DNA of 64,000 nucleotides from Tissierellia bacterium (GCA_036720245.1 DAIMNI010000001.1:33053-97052), one strand, 5' to 3'. Positions 41,963 to 49,843 are shown, counted from the first letter of the stretch. The notes: generated by a model from the letters alone, not told the origin. A program made the numbers and translations.

Positions 41963-42802
41963 ATGTATACTAATTTAATTCAATTATTTAACAAGTATAG
42001 GGGAAAAACAGGAATAGGTGCATTTAACTTGCATTGTATGGAAATGTTGCCTTACATGATAAAAGGTGCAAAAAAAGCAGATAGTCCCATAATCATACAA
42101 ACTTCACAAGGTACAGCTGAATATGTAGGTTTAGAATGGTTAGTTAACAGTGTTAAACTGTATAGTGAATTATATGATATGGATATATGTTTACACTTGG
42201 ATCATTGTAAGGATATAGATTTTATTAAATGTGCTATTGATAAGGGCTATACTTCTGTAATGTACGATGGCTCAAACCTTCCAATAGAAGAAAACATTGA
42301 GAATACCAAAAAGGTTATTGCATATGCACATAGTAAAAATGTTTCTGTTGAAGGGGAAATAGGAAATATAGGTGGCTCAGAAGATGGAGTAGTAAGTAAA
42401 GATAATATTGGAAGCTATACTAGACTAGAAGATGCAATAAGATTTACCAATGAGACAAAAGTAGATGCATTAGCCATAGCTATTGGAACAGTACATGGTC
42501 AATATAGATCTAAAGCTAATATAAACTATGATCTATTAGATAGTATAGTAGACAATATCAGCGATATTGGATTGGTATTGCATGGAGGGACTGGAGTTTC
42601 CAATACTGATTTTAAAAAATGTGCTGAAAAAGGTATGATGAAATTTAATGTTGGGACTGAATTGAATAAAGGATATATAGATGAGATTACCGGATCACTC
42701 TCTACGGCAACACCTACAACATCCCTAAGAAAGTTATTTTCTCCAGCAAATGAAAAGATAGAAAATATAGTATTTGAAAGATGCAATCTATTAAAGATAT
42801 AA
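41963..42802 (+). CDS. class II ketose-bisphosphate aldolase (FBA/tagatose-bisphosphate aldolase family)
   Basis: GAFNLHCMEM, CLHLDHC (Zn His), GEIGNIGG, AIGTVHG, LVLHGGTG. Confidence 0.85.
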   Translation: MYTNLIQLFNKYRGKTGIGAFNLHCMEMLPYMIKGAKKADSPIIIQTSQGTAEYVGLEWLVNSVKLYSELYDMDICLHLDHCKDIDFIKCAIDKGYTSVMYDGSNLPIEENIENTKKVIAYAHSKNVSVEGEIGNIGGSEDGVVSKDNIGSYTRLEDAIRFTNETKVDALAIAIGTVHGQYRSKANINYDLLDSIVDNISDIGLVLHGGTGVSNTDFKKCAEKGMMKFNVGTELNKGYIDEITGSLSTATPTTSLRKLFSPANEKIENIVFERCNLLKI

Positions 42803-42806
42803 AACA

Positions 42807-42852
42807 TTAAAAAGATGGCAAGGGGACGTTTTGATTGCCATCTTTTTTTAAA
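42807..42852 (+). terminator. copy 2 of the 46-bp terminator repeat
   Basis: Identical 46/46 to 36459-36504. It begins 5 nt after the aldolase stop codon. Confidence 0.85.
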
Positions 42853-42859
42853 AAAAGAC

Positions 42860-42888
42860 TTGAAAAAAGTAAATTATAGTGGTATACT
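42860..42888 (+). promoter_or_regulatory. sigma-A promoter for the pyrP leader
   Basis: TTGAAA (42860-42865), 17 nt, TATACT (42883-42888), with TGg just upstream of the -10. Confidence 0.6.
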
Positions 42889-42910
42889 ATTTTAGAAAAT
42901 AATAAGGAAT

Positions 42911-43075
42911 CTTTAAATCAGTCCAGAGAGGCTGGCAAGATTGTGGGAATAATTATACTGATTATGTATAAAACTTCTTGCTGTCTGCAAGAAGTTTTTT
43001 TATGCAATCACAGCTTGCCTTTAAATCAGTCCAGAGAGGCTGAAAAGGAGATAGGACTCTCCTTAAATAAAAGGA
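42911..43075 (+). promoter_or_regulatory. two tandem PyrR-binding attenuator elements
   Basis: The 24-nt unit ctttaaatcagtccagagaggctg occurs at 42911-42934 and 43019-43042. It contains the PyrR loop consensus ARUCCAGAGAGGYU. The first is followed by the terminator aaacttcttgc-tgtc-tgcaagaagttt+T7 (42971-43001), the second by the hairpin aaggag-ataggact-ctcctt. Confidence 0.8.
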
Positions 43076-43084
43076 GGTTTTTTT

Positions 43085-44329
43085 ATGACAGAAAATATTA
43101 TGAAAAATAACACAGAAACTAGATTATTGGAAGGTTCAAAAAAGACTATATTGGCACTTCAACATTTAATAGCCATGTTTGGTGCTACAGTATTGGTACC
43201 TATACTAACAGGCTTTGATCCTTCAGTAGCATTGTTTACAGCAGGACTTGGCACATTAATTTTTCATCTATGCACTAAAGGTAAAGTACCAGTTTTCTTA
43301 GGCTCATCCTTTGCCTTTATACCAGTGATTTTAAAGGTAAGTGAAATTTATGGCGGAGATTTAGCCTATGCTCAAGGTGGAATGGTAGTAGCAGGTTTAA
43401 TATATATACTTTTTTCCTTTATCATTAAAAAAGTAGGCGTAGAGAAAATCCAAAAATATCTTTCACCTCAAGTAATAGGGCCAATGATAATAGTAATAGG
43501 AATGAATTTAATACCTACAGCTTTTGGCATGGCCAGTGGAAACTTTATAATAGCAGGAATTACTTTAGGAGTTACACTTTTGGTAAACTTCAAGGCCAAG
43601 GGATTTTTCAAACAATTATCCATTTTGACAGGTGTTATAGTAGGATATTTAATCTCCTTGAAAATGGGGATGGTAGGCACAGCAGCAATAAAAGCAGCAC
43701 CAATTTTAGCAATACCAGCCTTTAGATTACCAAAGTTTGATATAGGAGCAATTGCAATTATAGCACCAGTAGTATTAGCAGTATTTATGGAGCATTTAGG
43801 AGATATAACTACAAATGGACAAGTAGTAGGGAAAAACTTTATAGAAGACCCAGGCTTAAATAGAACTTTATTAGGGGACGGATTGGCAACCACTGTAGCA
43901 GCATTTTTAGGAGGACCTGCCAATACAACCTATGGAGAAAATACAGGAGTATTGGCCCTAACCAAAAACTACGATCCCTCTATATTAAGACTTGCAGCAG
44001 TATTTGCCATAGCACTAGGTTTTGTATCTAAAGTAGGTACAGTATTAACCACTATACCAGCCCCAGTTATGGGTGGCATAAGTTTAATGCTATTTAGTAT
44101 GATTTCCTTAATAGGTGTAAAAACCATAAAGACAAGTAAAGTTAAGTTTAACTGGAGAAATATAATTATTATGGGTAGTATATTATTAATAGGCCTAGGT
44201 AGCGGAATAATTGAAAGTAAATATGGTATAACAATAGGAATTCCAGTAAATGAAACAGTTAAAATATCAGGATTAAGTTTAGCGGCCATAGTGGGAATAG
44301 TTTTAAATGCAGTATTGAATAGAGAATAA
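43085..44329 (+). CDS. pyrP: uracil permease (NCS2 family)
   Basis: ALQHLIAMFGATVLVPILTGF..., 12-14 TM segments, NTTYGENTGVLALT motif. PyrR-controlled leader upstream. Confidence 0.9.
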   Translation: MTENIMKNNTETRLLEGSKKTILALQHLIAMFGATVLVPILTGFDPSVALFTAGLGTLIFHLCTKGKVPVFLGSSFAFIPVILKVSEIYGGDLAYAQGGMVVAGLIYILFSFIIKKVGVEKIQKYLSPQVIGPMIIVIGMNLIPTAFGMASGNFIIAGITLGVTLLVNFKAKGFFKQLSILTGVIVGYLISLKMGMVGTAAIKAAPILAIPAFRLPKFDIGAIAIIAPVVLAVFMEHLGDITTNGQVVGKNFIEDPGLNRTLLGDGLATTVAAFLGGPANTTYGENTGVLALTKNYDPSILRLAAVFAIALGFVSKVGTVLTTIPAPVMGGISLMLFSMISLIGVKTIKTSKVKFNWRNIIIMGSILLIGLGSGIIESKYGITIGIPVNETVKISGLSLAAIVGIVLNAVLNRE

Positions 44330-44388
44330 GATTTAGGTTTAATATCTGAAAATACGTGAAACTAAACTGCATATGAATTAATTATTAT

Positions 44389-44416
44389 AAAGATAGCCTT
44401 TAAGAGCTATCTTTTA
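44389..44416 (+). terminator. intrinsic terminator after pyrP
   Basis: aaagatagc-ctttaaga-gctatcttt followed by T. Confidence 0.6.
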
Positions 44417-44544
44417 ATATAAATATAATAATGGGGGGCAATATATTATTTTAACCTTTGCTGATACATAGACAAAAAGAAATTATTAAGATATTATATA
44501 ATTAAAAGAATATCTTATGATTAATATTTAGGATGGTGATGTCT

Positions 44545-45327
44545 ATGGATAATAAGGTGAAATCTTTTAAAAGGTGCAAAATTTTCAATGAGGACTGTAT
44601 AAATATACTTAAAACGATACCAGACAATACTATTGATTTAATTCTCGCAGATCCTCCATATAATATTAGCAAATATTCTACTGGAAATATCTCATTACCA
44701 AATAGGACACCATTAAATAATGATATTGCAAATTGGGATGACGTGGAAATAGATCCTTTTGATTTTATTGAAGATTTTAAACGAATATTAAAGCCTACAG
44801 GTAATATTTTCATTTTTACTAGTTATAATCAAATTGGAAAATGGCATGAGGCTTTTGATAGCGAATTTGATACTTTTCAATTTATGATTTGGCATAAAAC
44901 TAATCCTCCACCTAAAATTTACAAAAATGGCTTTTTAAATAGTTGTGAATTAATTATTTGTATGTGGAATAGGGGGCATACTTGGAATTTTACCTCCCAA
45001 AAAGAAATGCATAACTTTATAGAAACCCCTATATGTATGGGAAAGGAAAGGCTTAGGGATCCTAAGCATCCTACACAAAAACCTCTGAAGGTATTAGAGC
45101 ATATAATTAAAATAGCATCAAATGAAAATGATTTAGTATTTGATCCGTTTATGGGTGTTTGCTCAACAGGAATAGCGTCATTAAAATTAAATAGACTTTT
45201 TGCTGGTTGCGAAATTGATAAAAAGTATTTTGATGCTTCTGCAAAAAGGATTGAAAATTTTTATTTTTCTAAAGGACTAAATAACATAGTAAAGGAAGTA
45301 AATGAAGAATATAAATTAAATTGGTAA
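44545..45327 (+). CDS. beta-class DNA N6-adenine (or N4-cytosine) methyltransferase, M1 of the R-M block
   Basis: Motif IV ILADPPYNI lies near the N-terminus, and the AdoMet motif HPTQKPLKVLEHII...VFDPFMGVCSTG near the C-terminus (beta permutation, HinfI/CcrM-like). The start could be 44533, 44539 or 44545. Confidence 0.85.
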   Translation: MDNKVKSFKRCKIFNEDCINILKTIPDNTIDLILADPPYNISKYSTGNISLPNRTPLNNDIANWDDVEIDPFDFIEDFKRILKPTGNIFIFTSYNQIGKWHEAFDSEFDTFQFMIWHKTNPPPKIYKNGFLNSCELIICMWNRGHTWNFTSQKEMHNFIETPICMGKERLRDPKHPTQKPLKVLEHIIKIASNENDLVFDPFMGVCSTGIASLKLNRLFAGCEIDKKYFDASAKRIENFYFSKGLNNIVKEVNEEYKLNW

Positions 45328-45372
45328 TAATAAACAACCTAGCCCTTGTTAAGAGGCCAAGTTGTTTATTAT
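45327..45372. terminator. bidirectional hairpin between convergent M1 and R genes
   Basis: 12-bp stem ataataaacaac / gttgtttattat overlapping both stop codons. Confidence 0.55.
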
Positions 45373-47150
45373 ACTGCTTTTATTTGTTTCCAGCTACCTA
45401 TCATAGAATCTATATTTTTCTCCCATTCAGTAAATGTTTTATAATTGAAACTCGCATTATGGATACATTCTATAAGATCCTTAAAATCGTCAATATTTAA
45501 ATTATTGTCATAAATATATTGAATTATATTTATATACTGCTCTATAGTTATTGGAACTACAGGGACTGGTTTTCCAATCCAAGATTCCCTATTTAATATA
45601 AAAAATTGCCATATTGTTCTTACGTTCATTCTAGAGGATATAAAAATGCCTAGCACCTGTTTATCTTCATTTTTTTCTATAAATTTATAAACATGATCTA
45701 TTACAGATGAACCTTCGTGTTCCCATTGTCTAACCCCGGTCATTAATGATACCTCTGGTATTAAAATATAGCTATTTTTATATAATTCCATATCGGGAGT
45801 ATTTCCCCTTCCTGGTGCAAATGCCCTTGGGGTCAAATCATCTTCAATTTTAAAATTGCGTTTTACATGGTGTTCCCCATCTATAGCTACAAGGGATTTC
45901 CAAGTATTACATTCTAGCCATAAAGCAGCCATATCTTCATTACCAGCTAAAATATCTTGAAATTTTTCAATTATCCCGTTCCTTTCTTCACTTGTTTTTG
46001 AATAATGCTTAATAAATAATTCTTCATTTAACGATAATATTTTATCAGATATATCCATATCTAATTTCATTAAACTTTCCTTTTCGGCAATATCTAAAGT
46101 GCTCAATTTATTTAATTGATTTAAATGTTCAGTTGAGAGTAATTCTAAATCTTTCTTGTTGACTTTATCAATTTTATTTTTATATAAATTTAATTTATTA
46201 TTAACTATAAATTGAAGGTTATCCATGTTATCCCATGGTAATTCTAAATTATAGGGATTGCCATACCATTCCATGTATTGAATAAAATCTTTTTCTGTAT
46301 TGGGAACGAATTTATACTTATCTTGTAGAAGTTCTACTTTTAATTTTGCATGTTCAGGAATGAATATTTTGGTATAGTAGCCTCGACCTTTTTGGCTAAA
46401 TAAACTGGTATATTCTAGAGTTCTAAACAGGGAATCGGAATAGTCCCTATAATAGGTTTCGGGTTTATTTTTTATTTCGGGGAAATTTTTATTCATTATA
46501 TCTGTAAATATATAGGTAACTTTTTTGGTATTTAACTTATTATCTAGTTTTTCATATCTTTTTCGAAATTCATTTATTGAATCAACTGCTATATCTAATT
46601 TATCTATATGGTTACACATAAATAGGTATCCTATCTCATATTTGTTTAAGGTATCAAAATGTTTAAATATATTTAATATTAATTCCATAGGGAATACATA
46701 TATATTGCTGTTTTGATATTTTTTCGTTACAGCTGGGGATGGAAATTGCATCTTCAACAATATTTTTATAAGTAGATTTTCATCCATCTTATTATTTTTA
46801 ACTAACTCCCCTGTCTCTGTAATATTAATTTTACCACACTTATCTACATATCCTAGACCATAGAATTCGTATGTAGTTTTATCATTTCTGCCTGCTGATT
46901 CTGTCTCATTTATATCATTTTTACCTGATAAATAATCTTCGTAAGAAAAGTATTTTTCCTCTAATTCTTCCCAATGGGAATTATAGATGTACTTTCTTCT
47001 TATAGGATAAATAGTTTTATTATTAAAACTACTTATCTTATCTTCCGATTTATAATTCCAATTATGCCCTTCTAATTCAGCAAAATAGGGAAACCATTCA
47101 AAGGTTCTCAAAATACTCCTAGGCTTTGTTCGAAACCACCAAGAATTCAT
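45369..47150 (-). CDS. AlwI/BstNBI/PleI/MlyI-family type IIS restriction (or nicking) endonuclease
   Basis: 593 aa. It shares blocks with my recollection of N.BstNBI. N-terminal W..S/T..PRS....EG: here SWWFRTKPRSILRTFEWFPYFAELEG. Central LLKMQFPSP...LNKYEIGYLFMC. C-terminal catalytic block GNTPDMELYKNSYILIPEVSLMTGVRQWEHEGSSVIDH versus GNQPDMEIIYEDFIVLGEVTTSKGATQFKMESEPVTRH. Co-oriented just downstream of a methyltransferase. Confidence 0.7.
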   Translation of the reverse strand: MNSWWFRTKPRSILRTFEWFPYFAELEGHNWNYKSEDKISSFNNKTIYPIRRKYIYNSHWEELEEKYFSYEDYLSGKNDINETESAGRNDKTTYEFYGLGYVDKCGKINITETGELVKNNKMDENLLIKILLKMQFPSPAVTKKYQNSNIYVFPMELILNIFKHFDTLNKYEIGYLFMCNHIDKLDIAVDSINEFRKRYEKLDNKLNTKKVTYIFTDIMNKNFPEIKNKPETYYRDYSDSLFRTLEYTSLFSQKGRGYYTKIFIPEHAKLKVELLQDKYKFVPNTEKDFIQYMEWYGNPYNLELPWDNMDNLQFIVNNKLNLYKNKIDKVNKKDLELLSTEHLNQLNKLSTLDIAEKESLMKLDMDISDKILSLNEELFIKHYSKTSEERNGIIEKFQDILAGNEDMAALWLECNTWKSLVAIDGEHHVKRNFKIEDDLTPRAFAPGRGNTPDMELYKNSYILIPEVSLMTGVRQWEHEGSSVIDHVYKFIEKNEDKQVLGIFISSRMNVRTIWQFFILNRESWIGKPVPVVPITIEQYINIIQYIYDNNLNIDDFKDLIECIHNASFNYKTFTEWEKNIDSMIGSWKQIKAV

Positions 47151-47173
47151 AAGTATACCACCTTTCTCTAGTA

Positions 47174-48298
47174 TTAATAATTGGTAATTAATAAATGTTC
47201 AGTAGATCTATTATTTCGATTTTGGAAACTTACTAAATATTTTTTATCAAAAGCCAATACATTGAAACCTTTATTTAAATACAGTTCTCTAATTAGTTTT
47301 GTGCTTTTTATTACTAGCATGAATTTGGCTCCTGTATTATATAAATAGTTTGCAAGTCTCATTTGATCACTAGGGGTAAAGGACATTCCTACATAATCAG
47401 AAAACTCACTATCATATGGCGGATCTAGGAATATAAAATCATCTTTACTAGGATTTATAGTTTCAAAAAAATCTTCGAAATCTAGATTGTATATTTCTGT
47501 TTTTTGTAAATGTTGTACTAAACCAGGGCTTTTTAAATAATCAATTTTTTTGCCAAAGTCCTTTCTATTATAGGACATTCCCCCATATGGCACATTAAAT
47601 TTCCCCTGCTTATTATATCGAAACATACTAGCGTAACAGTATTCCCTAATGAAATAAAAAATAGCTGTATGAAAAGGCAAGCTTATATTATACTTTTCTG
47701 CATTATTATATAAATGTCTAAAGTGCATATAATAGGCTGACTTGAATGCTGTCTCAATATTATTAACTACATCTTCATCTGGTAGTTTTCCTCGCTCCTG
47801 CTCAATTTTTTTCATTCTTCCAGTTCTTCTAATTAAATTTTTCTTTATTTCTTTTATAAAATTTTCTATATTAATATTAAATGATGTAGATAGAACACCA
47901 TTAAATTCATGAGCATTATTTAAAATAAATTCTACGATAAAATCATCTAATTCAGATTTATTTATTTTATCACAGGAATAATGCTTATATTTATCCACAA
48001 ATAGTTGAGAATGTTTTTCCACAATTTTCTCTAAGGCCTTCCAATTATAATATATGGCATCGATTTTATCATAAAATTCTTGATTTCCTTCTTGTAACAT
48101 TTTATATAAATTAATTAATTCCTCAGATTTATCATTAATAATTATATCCTTATTTTCTATAGAAAGGTATACTGCTCCCCCACCTACAAAAGGCTCTAGA
48201 TATCTATTATAGTTTTCTGGCACATTTGGGAGTATGTGAACTAATTCTTGCTCCTTTCCACCAGCCCATTTAATAAAAGGGGTTAATCTATCTTGCAT
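47174..48298 (-). CDS. alpha-class (Dam/D12-type) DNA N6-adenine methyltransferase, M2 of the R-M block
   Basis: TPFIKWAGGKEQEL, EPFVGGGAVY (FxGxG) and FIFLDPPYDSEF (motif IV). 374 aa, longer than Dam, with a central insertion. Confidence 0.85.
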   Translation of the reverse strand: MQDRLTPFIKWAGGKEQELVHILPNVPENYNRYLEPFVGGGAVYLSIENKDIIINDKSEELINLYKMLQEGNQEFYDKIDAIYYNWKALEKIVEKHSQLFVDKYKHYSCDKINKSELDDFIVEFILNNAHEFNGVLSTSFNINIENFIKEIKKNLIRRTGRMKKIEQERGKLPDEDVVNNIETAFKSAYYMHFRHLYNNAEKYNISLPFHTAIFYFIREYCYASMFRYNKQGKFNVPYGGMSYNRKDFGKKIDYLKSPGLVQHLQKTEIYNLDFEDFFETINPSKDDFIFLDPPYDSEFSDYVGMSFTPSDQMRLANYLYNTGAKFMLVIKSTKLIRELYLNKGFNVLAFDKKYLVSFQNRNNRSTEHLLITNY

Positions 48299-48527
48299 AT
48301 TTTCACTCCTTATTTTTTATAATTAAATTATAACATAGAGATTGAAATACACAAAATAATTATATTAACTGGGTCTTATAGATAATATGGTAAACTAGTG
48401 AAGACTAAAGTAAAACTTGAGGGAAAAAATCACTAACTCAACTATCACTTGCTTGAAAATAAAATAATAAATCTGCTATTATAAGATTATAGGAGACCCT
48501 AAAAATTATATGAAAGGGAGAATGCAG

Positions 48528-49157
48528 ATGTTCGATACGCAGAAGGTGGGAAGGAAAATAGCAAAGATGCGAAAAGCTAAAAATATGACTCAAATGGAAT
48601 TGGCAGATACTATGAGTGTTAGTTATCAAGCAATTAGTAATTGGGAAAGGGGAAATTCTATGCCAGATATTTCAAAGTTACCAGATCTTGTTGAGATATT
48701 TGGTTGCAGTATAGATGAACTTCTCTCTAGTAGCGAAGAGACAGAACTATTAAATAATATAATTTTAGGAAACACGGAGGAATATATAAAAGATAATCCA
48801 GTGGCTATAGACACTGTATCTAATGCAGCACCTATACTTAAACCAAAACAAACAGAGGAGGTTGTGGAAATGGTATTAAATGAAAATACAATAAGTATAT
48901 ATGAACTAATGGAAATAGCCCCCTTTGTAGGGGAAGAATATTTGGATAAATTAGTGGAAAAGGTTGAGATCGTAGAAGATATATATGAATTATCAGCATT
49001 GATGCCATTTCTAAGTGAGGAAGCCTTAGGGAAATTGGCAAAACGTGTAGAACACATAGAAGATATAAATGATATAATGGTTTTAGCCCCTTTTTTAAGT
49101 GAGGAAACTTTAGCTGAATTGGCAATGAATATAGGAAAGGGGAAAAAAGAAAAATAG
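48528..49157 (+). CDS. XRE-family HTH regulator with triplicated about 28-aa C-terminal repeat
   Basis: HTH KMRKAKNMTQMELADTMSVSYQAISNWERGNSMPDISKLPDLVEIFGCSIDELL. This is followed by repeats ..IYELMEIAPFVGEEYLDKLVEKVE / IEDIYELSALMPFLSEEALGKLAKRVE / IEDINDIMVLAPFLSEETLAELAMNI. The ATG at 48528 has the best RBS spacing. Confidence 0.8.
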   Translation: MFDTQKVGRKIAKMRKAKNMTQMELADTMSVSYQAISNWERGNSMPDISKLPDLVEIFGCSIDELLSSSEETELLNNIILGNTEEYIKDNPVAIDTVSNAAPILKPKQTEEVVEMVLNENTISIYELMEIAPFVGEEYLDKLVEKVEIVEDIYELSALMPFLSEEALGKLAKRVEHIEDINDIMVLAPFLSEETLAELAMNIGKGKKEK

Positions 49158-49239
49158 AACTCTGTGATAAAGGGTATTTTAGAGATTACAACGGATGTAT
49201 TAGCACCATTTTTGTAAAAAAATTTATGAATAAAAAGGT

Positions 49240-49268
49240 TTGACATAATTTTACTATAATTGTATAAT
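49240..49268 (+). promoter_or_regulatory. consensus sigma-A promoter driving the repeat array and toxN
   Basis: TTGACA (49240-49245), 17 nt, TATAAT (49263-49268), with a TG extended -10 at 49261-49262. Confidence 0.75.
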
Positions 49269-49297
49269 AATATTAAGGATAGGAAACTATCAAATAA

Positions 49298-49377
49298 AAA
49301 GAGGAGACCCCATGCCTTAAGTTGGGATTATTTAAAGAGGAGACCCCATGCCTTAAGTTGGGATTTGAAAAAGAGGA
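49298..49377 (+). ncRNA. ToxI-like type III antitoxin RNA: 2.2 tandem 36-nt repeats
   Basis: Unit aaagaggagaccccatgccttaagttgggatt+4 nt starts at 49298 and 49334 (32/36 identical). A third unit starts at 49370 (aaagagga) and runs into the terminator stem. The period is exactly 36 nt. Confidence 0.7.
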
Positions 49378-49409
49378 TGAGGTAGTTTTACTACCTCATC
49401 TAGTCTTTT
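49376..49409 (+). terminator. hairpin (leaky terminator) between antitoxin repeats and toxin ORF
   Basis: Perfect 10-bp stem gatgaggtag-tttta-ctacctcatc, then tagtctttta (weak U tract). Confidence 0.65.
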
Positions 49410-49423
49410 AAAGGGTGATAAAT

Positions 49424-49843
49424 ATGGACAAAATTAGGTTTTTTAGAATAGATTTAGATTACATAAAATATCTTTGGAATTATGATAATAGAGTGCAGTA
49501 CAATATAAATGAATCTAATTCTTATAATAAAAGGAGACCATATATAGGGATTGTATTTAGGATAGGCAGTTTTAAATATTTTGCCCCATTAGAACATCCT
49601 AGAAAAAGCCATTTAAAATTAAAAAGCAACCCTCACATTTTGAAAATAAATAATGGGCGATATGGTTTAATTGCTTTTAACAATATGATACCAGTAAATG
49701 ATTCTGAACTAATAAGCTTTAATTTTAAAGATGAGGATTTAGCTTACCAAAAGATATTAATAAACCAATTTATTTTTTGTGATAATAACAAAAAACATAT
49801 TAGTTACCAAGCACAGAATACATATAACAAGGTTACGGTGTAA
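49424..49843 (+). CDS. toxN: ToxN/AbiQ-family type III toxin endoribonuclease (interrupted by in-frame TAA; frame continues to 49975)
   Basis: MDKIRFFRIDLDYIKYLWNYDNRV...RRPYIGIVFRIGSFKYFAPLEHPRKSH...YGLIAFNNMIPV...LINQFIF parallels my recollection of ToxN (FYTISSKYIEYLKEFDDKV...KAFIGIVLEIQGHKYLAPLTSPKKWH...LGLINLKFMIPI...LYKQLQFI). Confidence 0.75.
   Translation: MDKIRFFRIDLDYIKYLWNYDNRVQYNINESNSYNKRRPYIGIVFRIGSFKYFAPLEHPRKSHLKLKSNPHILKINNGRYGLIAFNNMIPVNDSELISFNFKDEDLAYQKILINQFIFCDNNKKHISYQAQNTYNKVTV

Noticed and set aside
36505-42806. Sugar cassette as an integrase- or transposase-borne mobile element
   Set aside because: No recombinase, transposase, inverted terminal repeats or tRNA attachment site is present. 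Only the duplicated terminator is seen, so it is reported as a repeat-bracketed cassette rather than a defined mobile element.
48528-49157. XRE protein as a classical R-M controller (C) protein
   Set aside because: C proteins are about 80-100 aa and usually co-oriented just upstream of the R gene. This one is about 210 aa, divergent from M2-R, and has an extra repeat domain. It is kept only as an open question in the findings.
48626-49246. 206-aa and 95-aa minus-strand ORFs opposite the XRE gene
   Set aside because: They are antisense shadows of 48528-49157 with low-complexity sequence. The plus-strand gene has a clear HTH domain and RBS.
49298-49377. Possible miniature CRISPR array
   Set aside because: There are only 2.2 repeats, and they abut one another with 4-nt variable junctions rather than about 30-nt spacers. 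There are no cas genes. The architecture fits a type III antitoxin array instead.
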